A stretch of DNA of 64,000 nucleotides from positions 23,686,001-23,750,000 of the forward strand of contig NC_087250.1 in NCBI RefSeq assembly GCF_037042905.1, in the 5' to 3' direction. This document shows, in pieces, positions 14,213 to 26,883 of this stretch. The notes under the pieces are model-generated. The model had not been told where the DNA came from and did not search any database. It was given only the letters and a program-made list of their open reading frames with translations. Every line of letters begins with the position of its first letter. Position 1 is the stretch's first letter. The translations under genes and the position numbers were made by a program. The DNA is from Lytechinus pictus. Taxonomy: Eukaryota.

Positions 14213-17200
14213 GTGAGTATCGGGGTGGCGCACCGGGCGCTAGCGGGTGGGGATGGCCAAACCCTGGGAGCTCTGGCTCGCGAAGCGGGTCGGAGCATTA
14301 CATTTACATTACATCATGATTTCCTTTAAGATTTTAGAATTTTAACTCTATGCCCGTCTCTATGTCGATATTTGATATCAAATTCATCGAATTAAGATAA
14401 TCTTGTCATGAGCTTTGTGACTTTTTTGTCTCTTGATTTTTTTGAAATTTTGGCAGCCTTGGCCTTGCCCGTCTTCAGTAGACAGCTGGGGCCGATTGCA
14501 CGAAAGGGTCTTTCCAAGGACCGTCTTTCGTGTCGCCCATCTTTTATGATACGCCATGTGAAACGCATTTCAAATAAATTATCTGCAAATATATTTTATT
14601 TGTCCGTTAAAATAAACAAAATATTTGTTTATAAATTGATGTGATATCTCATGAAATTGTATAAAATTTGATTTAAAAGCAAGCTTACGAATTTTATTTG
14701 TTTATCATAAATTTCAGAAACACCCCGCTTATAGCGCATCATAAAAGATGGGCGACACGAAAGACGGTCCTTGGAAAGACCCTTTCGTGCAATCGGCCCC
14801 TGGCAGCCGTCTGTTTCGAGGAGTTTTTTTAACATTTTTATATTTTTTTAATTTCTCCTCATACACAGACGGCTCGCTATCGTGCAGCCACCATTAGGGG
14901 ACTTACAGTGCAAAATCCCCCCGTCGGGGCTCTTCAATTTTTGTCTTTAATGAATCAAACTTTTGAAAATTAACACGACCGAAATGCAAATTAATATTCC
15001 CTCTTGGCATTAATTGCCAAAAAACGGGGAAAATCAAGTTAAAATGAACAAAAACAGTGACTTACCTCGGCTGTCGCGCAACTTCACTGCCCTGTTTTAT
15101 CCATACTTAATACACATAAACACATGGCCATTGAGTCCCCTGTACAGATCGCGCTAGAACTTCGGTCTCTGTATTTGGTGAGTGAAGCCAACGGAGTTCA
15201 GCTGAACAACCAACATAACAGAGACCGAAGCTTTTGGTCTAGTCTTCAGTTGCACAAAAGAGGCCGTCCGGCGAGTAAAAAAGAACAGCCGTCTTTATAT
15301 TTTTATAGTTACGTGGTTTGAATGGTTTGAATATAAAAAATGAATAAAACTGCAATTTTCGACTCGCCGTACGGCCGTCGTATAGAGCAAATGTGACTGA
15401 GGTAGGGGCCTACTTTATATTGTACGCTCTAGTGGCGTATGCAGGGGGGGGGCATACCTGCCAACCATTCCGATTTTGGCGGAATTATACCGATTTTTTA
15501 GCCTCCATTCCGAATTCCGAATTTTTAAACCAAAATTCCGATTTTTAGGTCAATCAATATAGTGTTGAAATTATTGAAACGGCTGTATGATGCGACTAAC
15601 GCATAAGCGGCTGTAACATACGACTAACGCATAAACAACTGGGGCGCACGGCTAAGTGCTAAGTGCACAGTTCCATTGCAATTGCATGTGAAAATTACGA
15701 GCAGCGGCCACAGCGGCGCGGCCGATATTAGCGTTGACTTCCGGAACAAAATGGCGGCTGACATCGGCTCGCGAAAGTGCCAGTTTTCAGTGAGGACACG
15801 TTTTCAAAATCCACGAACATCGGAAAAACCGTGAAAAATTCACTTTTTTAGACCCCTTGTTTCCTAACTACGATGTATAGAATTAAGGATGGTGATATTT
15901 TTGACGCGAAATATGGTGATTTAGTAAGATAATTTCACTTTTTATTCGAGGTTTTGCTCTTTTCGCCGGATGATTTTGTATTGTGGAATGAGTTAGTGAA
16001 TGAGTCGTGTACTGGTGTCTAGAGTGTGTTGGTAATATCATTGATGAGTCTGCTTACCGGCGCCTGATTACCCGGCCGATCGGCCGCGCCGTGCACATCG
16101 GGAGGCTCTGCCACAGTTACTCAAGTTTATCCCTACGCAATGTTAAATTGATCTGTACTTTATTTTTTCGAATAATTGTCAAATTTGTGAGAAAGAAAGC
16201 GGCAATTATCAACTTTCGAGTCAAGTTGATCCATCGGAGCCGAACGCCAAATCTACTTGCTTCGCTTGCCTAAACTCCCGGCGCCCGAGTTGCAGCGCCT
16301 CAGCCTCCCAGTCTCATCGGCGCACCGCAAGTGCAGTGGTGGGTGCGGGTCGGGCGTATTCCGCCGTATTACTTCGGCTCCGTTTTTGTCATGGCTGAAA
16401 ATATGCTTTCTTATGCCAACAAGCACTTATCTAATAAAGGTTATGATATAACCTTGTCCTCAGTCACTACTCCTGTGTGGTGAAATATAAACATGAATAA
16501 GATGACAATGTTTGGCTTATTTTGATGCATATGATAGACTTGATATAATTATAAATGATAAATAAATGTTCTGGATCTGGATGTATACGATGCAGGGCCC
16601 TCCTGGGCATAAACGCATCGGGTGAGAGAGGGCGGGGTGAGGATTAGAAAGCTCTGTCAATGGCCTTCTTGAATGAGCTTGTCGATGTTGAGTTGATGAC
16701 AGCGTCACTCAAGTGATTCCATCACTTGTTAGATTTTTTTGCACTCAGTTTTTAATACAGTAGGCTAGGCCAACTTGAATCTGAATTAATGATACAAAAT
16801 ATCCCTTGGCCCAAAACTCAATTGAATTCTTGAAATTAGTTTTTTTCTGATTAAAAAGAGAATCTTTCCAGAAACTTTCCAACAATAGAGGGCCTTACAA
16901 AAATATGCTCAAAATCAAATTATTCCTAAATCTATATAGATTTCAATGAAAACAAATCACACCTGAATGAAACTGGGTGTATTTTTTTGTCACAAACGTG
17001 ATATCTTAAAGACCCTTGTTTTAATGTTTGATTGATAAATGATATTATATTACATATAAGTAGACTAACGTTACATGTAGGTCATCCTGTGGTATGGTTA
17101 AGAGGGTAAATTTGCTTTAAAAAGGGTAGGGAAATGCTACTTTTACATGCAGAAAATGCAGAGTCCCTACCATGGGAGGGGGAAACCATCTCGCGCGCGA

Positions 17201-20200
17201 CCTGCTCGGCGCCCTCGTGACTTTGATACTGATTTTTTATTATCAAAGGTTGGCAGGTATGGGGGGGGGGGGTTACAGGGGTTCAACTGACCCCCCTTAA
17301 ATTTTTTTTATACCCAACCCTCCCATGTTTTTTTTTTTCTTGTCAATATATTGGGGGAGGTGCACCTATGATTGGTGGTGAAGACCATTTTTTTGTCAAC
17401 ATTTCATTCAGTTTGAAAACCCGCCCCTTAAAAATGTCTGCGTACGTCACTGGTACGTTCGTAATTTTAAATAAGGAAAGAGAGAGAGGGGGGAGGGTGG
17501 TCGAGACAGTGATGATTGTATTTTTTTATCTGACATCCAGTCGATCTTACCCCCCCCAAAAAAAAAAAAAAAAAAAAAAACACCTCCCTGTCCTTACCAG
17601 ATCATTCTCCCGCGAGCAATTTGTTCCCACTTATGATAAGGACGGAATGTCGACCTTATTCATGTTCTCCTATTTTTTTATTTTTTTCCTCCTATCATCG
17701 TAAGTGGGAACAAAGAAATATGCTCTCTGGTAGGGACAAGGAGGTGACGATTTTTTTTTCTTGGGAGTGGGGGAGGGCGCGTTGAGGGACATCAGGGTTG
17801 GAGGAAGTTTTATTTATTATGACTGTCAAACAGAAGTTTGAATTTTGAAATCACTTTCTTTCATTCTTTCTTTTTGTTTAAATAGTCGTGACAGGAGCTA
17901 CTGATGGTATTGGCAAAGCTTATGCCGAACAGGTAAATAGAAAAAAACTGCCTTACAAATAAGTTATTTAAGAAGTCTATTATAAACATTTAAAAGTTTG
18001 TCATAAGTTGCATATCTGATTAGTTTAAATGGTCATTATTTTGAACAAAGTATGAATGCAACAATGATAAGTGTATATTGTCACATTTACAAATCACAAA
18101 TATACTAGTACTCTGATGCAAGTTGTTCAGTTGTCCCTGTTTTAATATGGAAGGAAGTCATAAAGTAGGCATGTGTGATGCAGGATGAATATTTAATTGC
18201 ATGTTATAGGTCTCTTGGTAAAAGTAATTTTATCAACTTTTTATTTATATTTCAGCTTGCAGCTAAGGGTCTCAACATCTTTCTGCTGAGCAGATCTGCA
18301 GACAAACTCAAGGATGTTGCAACTCAGATCGGTAAGGTAGATGATGATGATGATGATGGTGATGATGGTGGTGATGATGATGATGGTGGTGGTAATGATT
18401 ATGATGGTGATGATGGTAATTATGGTTATGATGATGATGGTGATGACGATGATGATGGTAATTATAGTTATGATGATGATGGTCATGATGATGATGGTGG
18501 TGATGATGGTGATGATGATGATCATGATGATGATGGTAATGATGATGATGATGATGGTGATATAGTGATGATGATGATGATGGTGATGATGGTGATATAG
18601 TGATGATGATGATGATGGTGATGATGGTGATATAGTGATGATGATGATGATGATGATGATGGTGATATAGTGATGATGATGATGATGCTTATGAAGGTAA
18701 TGCTGACAGTTTAAGTGAAGAACTTGCTAATATCACTTATAGCACCTTCAGAAGTCTCTTAGCTCTCTATAATAATGCAGCATCATTACCCCATCTTGAG
18801 CAGAGCAGCATGGTAGAAAAGTATTTGATTTTTCATACCCTTGGTGGTGCTGTTGTAGCTTAAAATAGGCGTGGTCCAACTGGCCGATGGACATAAAACA
18901 TACTCGTAACGGATACAGCGGACAAGCAAAATTTCGGGTTGGGTCCTTCCATTTTCATCCGCTCCAGACAATGGACAAAATGGGCGAACAATGAAATCAC
19001 AGAGGACGGGCTCGATGGATATAAAGCGTATGAAACATGTATTCAAAGAGTCCACAATAGATACATAACGTTTTCCAACGGATAGCAAGATTCTTTTCCG
19101 TTTTACATATTCTCTGCAAGTGTAGTGGGACCAAGCCTTAAATACTAATTTCCAACCCCTTATCCTTATCTTCCCTCCCTTAATACTCAGAGCAAAAGTA
19201 TAAGGTGGAAACAAAGACATTTGCCGTTGATTTCACCGGTGCGGCAGATATGTATCCTTCCATCGGAGACCAGCTAACTGGACTAGACATAGGAGTCTTG
19301 GTTAACAACGTTGGCATGTCATACAGCTTTCCTCAGTACTTTTGTGAACTAGCCGATTCAGAGAAGGTAATATTGTTTTTAAAAAATGTAAACACATGTG
19401 CAAACTAGATGAAAAATATACACAAATATTCAAGATGAGATCAGGAAATAAAAAAAACGTTGAATTAATTTCCTTGTAGTTATTAAAATAGTATAACTTT
19501 TATGTTTGATCGAAGATATCATGACAATTTTCTAAATCCTTCATTTTTTAGATGTAAGCATGTGCCCGTAAGTAGTGGGCACAAACTCTCAAAAAGGAAA
19601 TAAATAAAAGAGTGAATGAGGACACAATAGGACACATACTTTATTCAACATAATAACGAAACTTGGATTGAGATGTTTTGTGATGGACGTTGAAAGAATG
19701 CTCATATCTCTGTGTTCAATGGACCATATCGCATGAGATTTATACCAGTTATATAAAACAGATGCTAGTTTGTGATTATAAATTATATACAATATGATTT
19801 TGTAACTTTCACATTACACTCATTTAAAGTGTCATGAATATTTTTTGTGGGACACGCTGTAAAAAAGCTGGATAGAGCTTATTGTATGCTGCTCTACACA
19901 CGACATTGAAGCTACAGGAAAAATACTCCATGACACAATTAATAGTATATGGGACCATACCAATGCTTAAGAAACAACCCACACATGCAGATGCAAGAGA
20001 AAAATTGTGGAATTTTGCGTGCTTGACCTTGGAGTGCTTTTCAGTGGCCTCAAACGAGCATGTTGTAGCTTTATCCAGCTACTGATATTGATGACCCCAA
20101 CAGCGAAAAAATTTGAATAAATGAATAGAGAAATATCACACAAGTTTGACATTGGAAATTTCATTAATATTGAAATTAGAATAAGAAAGTCGTTATTTAA

Positions 20201-23200
20201 ATGGATGTAACATTATGAATTTATGTCTTTATTGTTTCAACTATTTTCACAAAAGGGGGATATGCACAATAAATGTTTGAAATATCATATATACATTTTT
20301 TTTCTCCAGTAATGTAAAATCATGTTTGATTCCTCATGAAACTTGATAAGTCAACGTTTTTCAGTTAGGGTCTTCCCATGGGTAAATTGCCAATTCGTCC
20401 ACTCGCCACATGGTCTACTTTCATTTAGTCTAATGCCATTCTGTAAATCAACATTTCCTCTAACAACCATTTGGTCCAATAACCATTCGGTCCATTCATC
20501 ACTTCGTCTAAGCACCATTTCGTCTATTACCATTTCGTCTAATAACTAGTTGGTCTAATACCCATTTTCTTTTCATTCATTTTGCACAATTATTTTTTTT
20601 TTTTTCCTCGTGTCAGAGGTTTTTTATTCATTCAATTGCCAATTTAACATGTATTAACATTCAGGGTCTTAGAGACAACATCCGAGATGTCGTCTAAAAG
20701 AATTTCATATAATTTAAACACATGCCATATAGAATAACTGTTGTATGGTTTACCTTGAAAATAATTAATCATATACATCAAATAGATTGCATATTGAGCA
20801 TACACAAGGACTGTATTTATATCTGTTGCTTTTTCATGTGTGAAATCAAAACCAACTATTAATAATTTTTCGTTTAATATAATTTTTTCTTTAAACATTA
20901 AATTAATCAAATCCATAATACGTTTCCAGAAAAGCTTTACGCTTGGGCATTCTAAAACAACATAAACAAAAGATTATGTTGTTTTCCAGAAAATACATAT
21001 TGCACAATTAACACTTAAGTTTAATTAGACCAAATGGTATGGACTAAATGGCTATTGGACCAACTGGTTATTAGACAAAATGGCATTATACTAAATGAAA
21101 ATAGACCATGTGGTGAATGGAAGAACAGATGGTGGACCAAATGATAGTAGACGAGTTGGCAATTGGACGAATTGGCATTAGATGAATTGGAAATAAACCT
21201 TCCCATGTGCCTGTGGATCATGTTTGTCTATGTACATCTAAATTATTTTCTGCTCAGTCTAATCTTATAAACCTTGCTGTAAACATGCCCTAGAGGTACT
21301 TAGTTGACTTCTATTTCGTTAAAATGACTACAGAGTGTACATTTCAGTTTACGTTGAAGATCAGGCTTCATTTAGACTAGAGAAAAATCTTTTGATGTAG
21401 CCAAATGTAATTGCAGTAATTGTAAATATTACTTGCCATCCTCCCCATTCAGTTATTCTGCTTATATTTTCATTTACAGTTTCTTCCCAACATCATTAAT
21501 ATCAACTGCCTTTCTGTTGTAATGGTATGTATGTAGAATTATTTTTTTTAAATATACACATTGAAATTTACAGGTCATTCAGAGATATTAAAACATAAAT
21601 CATTTAAAGTGGCAGTGCTAAGCTTCCGTTTTCTGCTTATTCATCTGAACGGCATCTAGGGAAGAATTTCATGAAGATTTTTTTTCCTTTTTTTTTTCAC
21701 TGCTCTCGGCCAATCAGAAACAAGGATTTTCAGTAGCTTAGAACATCTGTCAGTGGAAGTCACAAAAATCTTCATGAAATACCTGATGACACATTTTAAA
21801 AATGTACCTATTGATTGGTGATTGCTGTGTAGCTATCTAGATCTCAAAATGATGACTCAATTATGCTTTTAGTCATGAAGAGTGTCAACAGTGCAAATAG
21901 AGATGTATAGGATTAGTCAAGATATTGTCTGCCTTATTATTACAGCTGTATTTGTTTTTAAGTGTGTTATGGCATTGAAGAGCAATTCCATGCAGTGAAC
22001 TATTTTATTACATGATTTCTTTTTAAGATTATGACAAGATGTTAAATCTCTAAATAATCACTCATTTTTTATGCCTTTCCCACAACTGTTTGTTATCCCT
22101 TTGAATTTCTTTTCATCAATAATCCTGATATTTTCTTATAATATTCTTATTTCTTGGTTTTCTGTGTTATAGATGACCAACCTTGTTCTTCCTGGTATGG
22201 TGGAAAGGTAAGACAAAAAAAAAGATAAAAAGCACAAGAAAAAACAACAGCTAAACAACAATACTTAATAATCCAGTCTGTAAAAATCAAATCATGTGCA
22301 GGTAAAGTTTATTTTAGTCAGGCAGATTTTATTATTAAACAAACAAACAAGAGTTCTAAGCATTAGAACATATTGGGGAGGAACCCCAAATTTACCAAAC
22401 TAAACGTCTGGCAGTGCATCGCTGCTGCTGGTTTCGACAAGAGGGGCACCAAAAAGTGCCCCTTTCACAAAAAATTGTATGCTGATGAAGATTTGCAGCA
22501 TTTTCTAAACACATTCAAATTTGTTTTTACAAAAGAGAGTATCAAATACCTTTGATTTAATGCTATTTTAAATAAATTTGAGATTGACAAATTTGAACTT
22601 TTTGCAATAAATTATTTTTTTCTCATTTTCTTTACTTTCATTTTCACAATGTGATCACCCCCCCCCCCCAAAAAAAAAACCAAAAAAACAATAATGCATA
22701 AAAACATATTTCACTGAAAAGTAATGAACTTTGAGCTACAAGATAAGGTATATCATGTACACTTCATGAACAAACTTTCATACTTTCATTCAAAATCGAA
22801 TTCATTCAAAACTTGGGTCAAAGTTGGAACGCATAGTGTACAGCAAATTGGCAACTCTAATTCTTCTATGTTATTCATTTTATTTGCAGGAAGAGGGGTA
22901 TTATCATCAATGTCTCATCTGCTTCTGGAATGAATCCAAGCCCAATGCTAACAGTCTACTCTGCTACTAAGGTAATGTTTTGCAACCTATACTATACATA
23001 ATTTATCTTTATTTGCCAATAAAAAACAAAATTAAAACATTAAATCATTAGCACATCAAACCAGGCTATAAAAATAAGATGGAAAATCCACATACATGTA
23101 ATATTTAAATGTAAGAATAGAATTAAAGCCCAGAAGGTGTTTCACAAAATATAAGTATGACTTAGAGTCGCACTTAAATGCAGATGCATACATGATATGC

Positions 23201-26200
23201 AGCGCAATCTTATTGATCAATACACAGCAATGCGCGTCCTCTTGGCATGATTCGACCAATGTGGTCATGCCTTTTATACCGCATGCAACTAGACACTTAA
23301 GTGTGAATCTAAGTCATACTTAAATCTTTGTGAAACACCACCCCCCCCCCCCCCCCCCCCCCGGACCCTGACATGAAAAGTTCAAATGCCAAGGACAGGG
23401 CAAACAAAATTTAGTGTACAAGATATAATACAGGAAAATAGATAGCATATAGGAAGAAGGGGGGATGAAAGAAAGAACGAAAGAAAGGAATAATAACATC
23501 CCATTCTATCTTATTGAGAAAACAAATTAATTCCCCATGAGAGGGGCACCAACCCCTCTTATTAAAAGTGCAATGTATTTCAGATTTAGCAATAATGGTG
23601 GCGGCCTACTGTGAGTCAAATATTTTGTGACCAAAGACAGTTACTAAGGAGCAATTTGACTTAGAAGAGGTATTATAACATATGTTTTATATAATCTGGG
23701 GTCCGTTTCATAAAGGACTTGCAACTGTTGTAACTTTGCCACTATGGCAACCACCATGATAACCTTGATTATGATTGGCTGCTGAGCCCTGTTACCATGG
23801 CAGTTGCCATTATGGCAAAGTTACAACAGTTGCAAGTCCTTTATGAAACGGACCCCAGGTCTAAAAATTGCTGCAACTTGGGTAAATATTTGACTTATCA
23901 AAGGTTGACTTATGTCAGTTTAACTGTATTTTGAAAGGGGGAAAACTGAGCAAACAGTTCCTGATTATTATATTGAAAATGGATTATTGGTTTATCTTTC
24001 CAGGCCTTTGTGGATTTCTTTTCAAGAGGAATAGATGTAGAATACCGCTCTAAGGGAATACAAGTACAGGTAAAGTAATTGATTTGTTTCCTTCTGGATA
24101 GAAACAGAATGTACTTTTGGATTGGTCATGAAATCACATATTTGAGCAACTTTGGGCCTGACACGCACTTACATAATGTTGGGTAATTTTTAGTGCTGTT
24201 GTCAATAGGGTCATATCGACATTGATGTCGACATTCGAAGGATTTTAAATGATTCCGACATGTCGACATACACACACCCACATCGACATGTAAACATAAA
24301 ATAAAAAGGGGTCTATCCTAAACTTCACGAGTGTAAAGCTTACCTGAAAAGTTCAACATTAATTGGTGCGATGAAAAGGTTTATTCAGCTTAGCAGCGCA
24401 TTAAAATAAGTGCGAGCTCGCCGAGCTGCGCGGCAGCAGAAATACGTCAGTGCGAGGCCAGCTTGCCCTAGCCGCCCCTGATCCCGACGATCACTCTAGA
24501 TCTCGCTCTATGCATGCACGTACCCATCCACGGAAATGTGTACCCATCGCTATTCACCGTGCTTGATAATACGCTGCTCCTCAATGCATTACTTTTCACA
24601 TAAACGTGAGCAGCAGCGAACACGTGTTATTGTCAAAGTTGTGACCGCCGTAATAGAGCGCTTACTTCATTTCACGAAGTCACAGAAAACTACCATTCCT
24701 TCATTTGGAGATCGTTGCACGGATCGCCGCGGAAGTGATACTGAAATTATCGATCGATTTTCATTATTTTTTATTGTCATAATGAGGAGCTTGCGTTTGC
24801 AGCACATGTGTACCAGCGTATAATACGCAATGATCACTGTTGTAATTGGTGATTCTCAAATTGGCTCCGAGTGTTATTGCGCAATGCTTTCGAGACCGGA
24901 TCGTGGTACAAAAACTTGATTCTCCAGAAAAAATGTGGATTAAATTGGTGATTTTGGAAGTGAATTCACTCTAGCTTAGTGAAAATATGTTTTCCCGAAC
25001 TGAGCCTGTATTATATAGATCTAGATCTAGTGTGATGATATCACTCGTGTCAAGGTGAACACATTTGATTGAGAGTGTTATGACTTATGTGCCGCAATCG
25101 AATAATTTTTTTAATGTTAGGGAGCATAGGCTGAATTACGGTCCCTTTTTCATGTGGACATTGTCGATGTCGGGATTAATTTTTAAGCGACATGTCGACA
25201 TGGATTTTTGTTCCCGACAACAGCACTAGTAATTTTTATAACTGCATAGCTGGGCATCATGAATTTGGTTTCAAAAGTGATACTTTACTGTGGCGTGAAC
25301 CTTTTGCGTTAATGATTTATTGTGAAAAATGTTGAGGAGGGCAACCATTAGAGTGATTAGAATGAAAGTTAAAAGCCTATGGCCCATATTCTGAAGTTGG
25401 GTTTAACTTAAACTCAGGTTTAAAGTTGTGGTTTAAGTATGGATAGCCAATTGTTACATAAATCACTTACGTTAGAGAGATCATATTTCAGCTCATTTGG
25501 CTCTCAAATCATTCATGATTGTCTAGGAAGTATATATAGATTATTGTCTTCACCATTGATGAATCAGGAAAAGAGCACAGTAAACATAAGAAACGTACAA
25601 CTTTAAAAAAATTTTGATACTTTTGGCTTCCCATACTTAAACCACAACTTTAAACCTGAGTTTAAGTTAAACCTGACTTCAGAATACGGGCCTTAGATTT
25701 TTAAAGTCGAGTTCAACTAAAAACCACTGTCTAACTTTGTGCTTTAGTAATGCAGGGTTCCCACAGTCATGGAAAATCCTTGAAAAATTTGTGGTCATGG
25801 AAAGTCAGGGAATTTGGAAAATTTGTGAAAATTCATGGAATTGCTTTTACCTCTTGGCTATGGCAGCTTTCCAGTTTGTCGTGTCTTGCTATTTTCGTAC
25901 TCTGTGGTAATACTCTGCTACTATAATTGGTGTTCAAGATTTCAATTTTTCCCAGTTTTGTGACATCCCAAATTCTACATACCTCCCGGGATGTCACGGG
26001 AAGTCATGGAAAGGAGCAATTTAATCACGAAAAAGTCATGGAATTCTGTTTTGGAAAGCCAAATGTGACACAAGTCTTTAAAACCGAACTCTTTGCCCCA
26101 AATCATGATTTCATATAATGCAGACTCTGCTCCAAGCCAAAATTAACAAGTTTATTGTTTGTTTTACTTCTGCTAATTGATATCATTTGATTTTGTGCTG

Positions 26201-26883
26201 TTTATAATCAAAATTGGTAGCTAAGGATTCCCATCCCCCTAAAAAGAATAAAAAATAAAGAAATTCATGTAAAATTTTTAAAGAATTGAATGAATTACAT
26301 CTGTAGGAAATTAAATGTTCCTGTAAGATAATGAGACAAAAATAAAATATGGCATGATGGTACAAGACAATGTACAGTACGAAGTAAATGAAAGTATATA
26401 AATATCAAATTAATTGTTCAACAGATATAATTGACCCATCTCAAATTGAGATCGATGGAATTGGCGTCTAGACCATGGTTTCAATGATCAAATAATACAT
26501 TGCGACAAGTTACAAGGGCAGTCAGTTTTTACATGTATATTAATTGATTAGGATAGATATAATATAAAAAAGTAATTTTAATCTGTTTTAATTTGTCCTT
26601 GATCTGTCTCTTTTTATAGTGCGTAATGCCATTCTACGTTACCACCAAACTGAGCAAGCTTAGACGCGAGACGATGACCATCCCGAGCCCAACATCGTAC
26701 GTGAACAGCGCCCTCGCTGCGTTGGGGTCAGGGAATCGCACCAACGGCTGTCTAATGCACAACCTTCAGGGATGGGTCATTGGGTCTGTTCCTGAGTGGG
26801 TGATAGATAGCGTTCAGATGACTATACATAATGCCATTAGGAAGGTCAGCCTCAAGAAACTAGCAGAGAAGAAGACCAAATGA
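14035..26883 (+). CDS. HSD17B12: HSD17B12/KAR-like very-long-chain 3-oxoacyl-CoA reductase (SDR family), complete 9-exon gene, 322 aa
   Basis: Exons 14035-14212, 17886-17932, 18256-18331, 19191-19366, 21480-21524, 22173-22207, 22890-22971, 24004-24069, 26620-26883 sum to 969 nt, all GT-AG with matching phases. Motifs: N-terminal hydrophobic segment, GKWAVVTGATDGIGKAYA (TGxxxGIG), LVNNVG, catalytic YSATK (YxxxK), C-terminal KKTK dilysine ER signal. Confidence 0.93.
14479..15241 (+). mobile_element. Non-autonomous DNA element with TAGAC..GTCTA ends, interrupted by a MITE
   Basis: TSD GTCTTCAG (14471-14478, 15242-15249); nearly identical uninterrupted copy at 48593-49039. Confidence 0.85.
14489..14799. 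mobile_element. PIF/Harbinger-like MITE nested in the 14479 element
   Basis: About 50-bp TIRs GGGCCGATTGCACGAAAGGGTC..., CTG duplicated at both sides; related copy at about 35251-35545. Confidence 0.85.
15453..17261. mobile_element. 1.8-kb non-autonomous hAT-like element inserted in a poly-G run of an older MITE (15431-17451)
   Basis: TIR CATACCTGCCAACC / GGTTGGCAGGTATG flanked by G-runs on both sides; subterminal TTCCGA(T/A)TTTT repeats; host ends AGTGGCGTATGCAG / CTGCGTACGTCACT. Confidence 0.8.
17886..17932 (+). CDS. HSD17B12: HSD17B12 exon 2
   Basis: (V)VTGATDGIGKAYAEQ between tag and gtaaat. Confidence 0.92.
18256..18331 (+). CDS. HSD17B12: HSD17B12 exon 3
   Basis: LAAKGLNIFLLSRSADKLKDVATQI between ttcag and gtaagg. 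Confidence 0.92.
18338..18687. repeat. (GAT/GGT)n trinucleotide repeat at the start of HSD17B12 intron 3
   Basis: Direct inspection. Confidence 0.95.
19191..19366 (+). CDS. HSD17B12: HSD17B12 exon 4
   Basis: (E)QKYKVETKTFAVDF...LDIGVLVNNVGMSYSFPQYFCELADSEK between ctcag and gtaata. Confidence 0.92.
20381..21199. mobile_element. Foldback element built of ~15-bp TTAGACCAAATGG-like repeats
   Basis: GGT..ACC ends, 8-bp TSD TTCCCATG (20373-20380, 21200-21207); same repeat type at about 27290-27960. Confidence 0.7.
20593..20999 (-). mobile_element. L1/Tx1-like LINE 3' fragment nested in the 20381 element
   Basis: Poly(A) and AATAAA on minus strand near 20593-20627; TSD TTGCACAATTA (20582-20592, 21000-21010); frame ECPSVKLFWKRIMDLI...INTVLVYAQYAIY resembles the L1-clade ORF2 C-terminus. 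Confidence 0.7.
21480..21524 (+). CDS. HSD17B12: HSD17B12 exon 5
   Basis: FLPNIININCLSVVM between tacag and gtatgt. Confidence 0.88.
22173..22207 (+). CDS. HSD17B12: HSD17B12 exon 6
   Basis: MTNLVLPGMVE(R) between tatag and gtaaga. Confidence 0.9.
22890..22971 (+). CDS. HSD17B12: HSD17B12 exon 7 (catalytic YxxxK)
   Basis: KRGIIINVSSASGMNPSPMLTVYSATK between tgcag and gtaatg. Confidence 0.93.
23697..23858. mobile_element. Near-perfect palindromic MITE
   Basis: CTGGGGTCCGTTTCATAAAGGACTTGCAACTG...CAGTTGCAAGTCCTTTATGAAACGGACCCCAG; older copy at about 9761-9921. Confidence 0.8.
24004..24069 (+). CDS. HSD17B12: HSD17B12 exon 8
   Basis: AFVDFFSRGIDVEYRSKGIQVQ between tccag and gtaaag. Confidence 0.92.
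24191..25228. mobile_element. Non-autonomous hAT-like element with GTCGAC subterminal repeats
   Basis: TIR TAGTGCTGTTGTC / GACAACAGCACTA; 8-bp TSD GTAATTTT. Confidence 0.85.
25381..25692. mobile_element. Harbinger-like MITE (inverted copy at 45708-46017 with AGT TSD)
   Basis: About 60-bp TIRs GGCCC(A/G)TATTCTGA...TTAACTTAAACTCAGGTTTAAAGTTGTGGTTTAAGTATGG. Confidence 0.8.
26620..26883 (+). CDS. HSD17B12: HSD17B12 exon 9 (terminal)
   Basis: CVMPFYVTTKLSKLRR...SLKKLAEKKTK* after ttttatag. Confidence 0.92.
   Translation, partial: CVMPFYVTTKLSKLRRETMTIPSPTSYVNSALAALGSGNRTNGCLMHNLQGWVIGSVPEWVIDSVQMTIHNAIRKVSLKKLAEKKTK

Noticed and set aside
18175..18600. Poly-Asp, poly-Met and poly-Ile ORFs
   Set aside because: They are translations of the (GAT)n repeat just after the HSD17B12 exon 3 donor; only 18256-18331 is coding.
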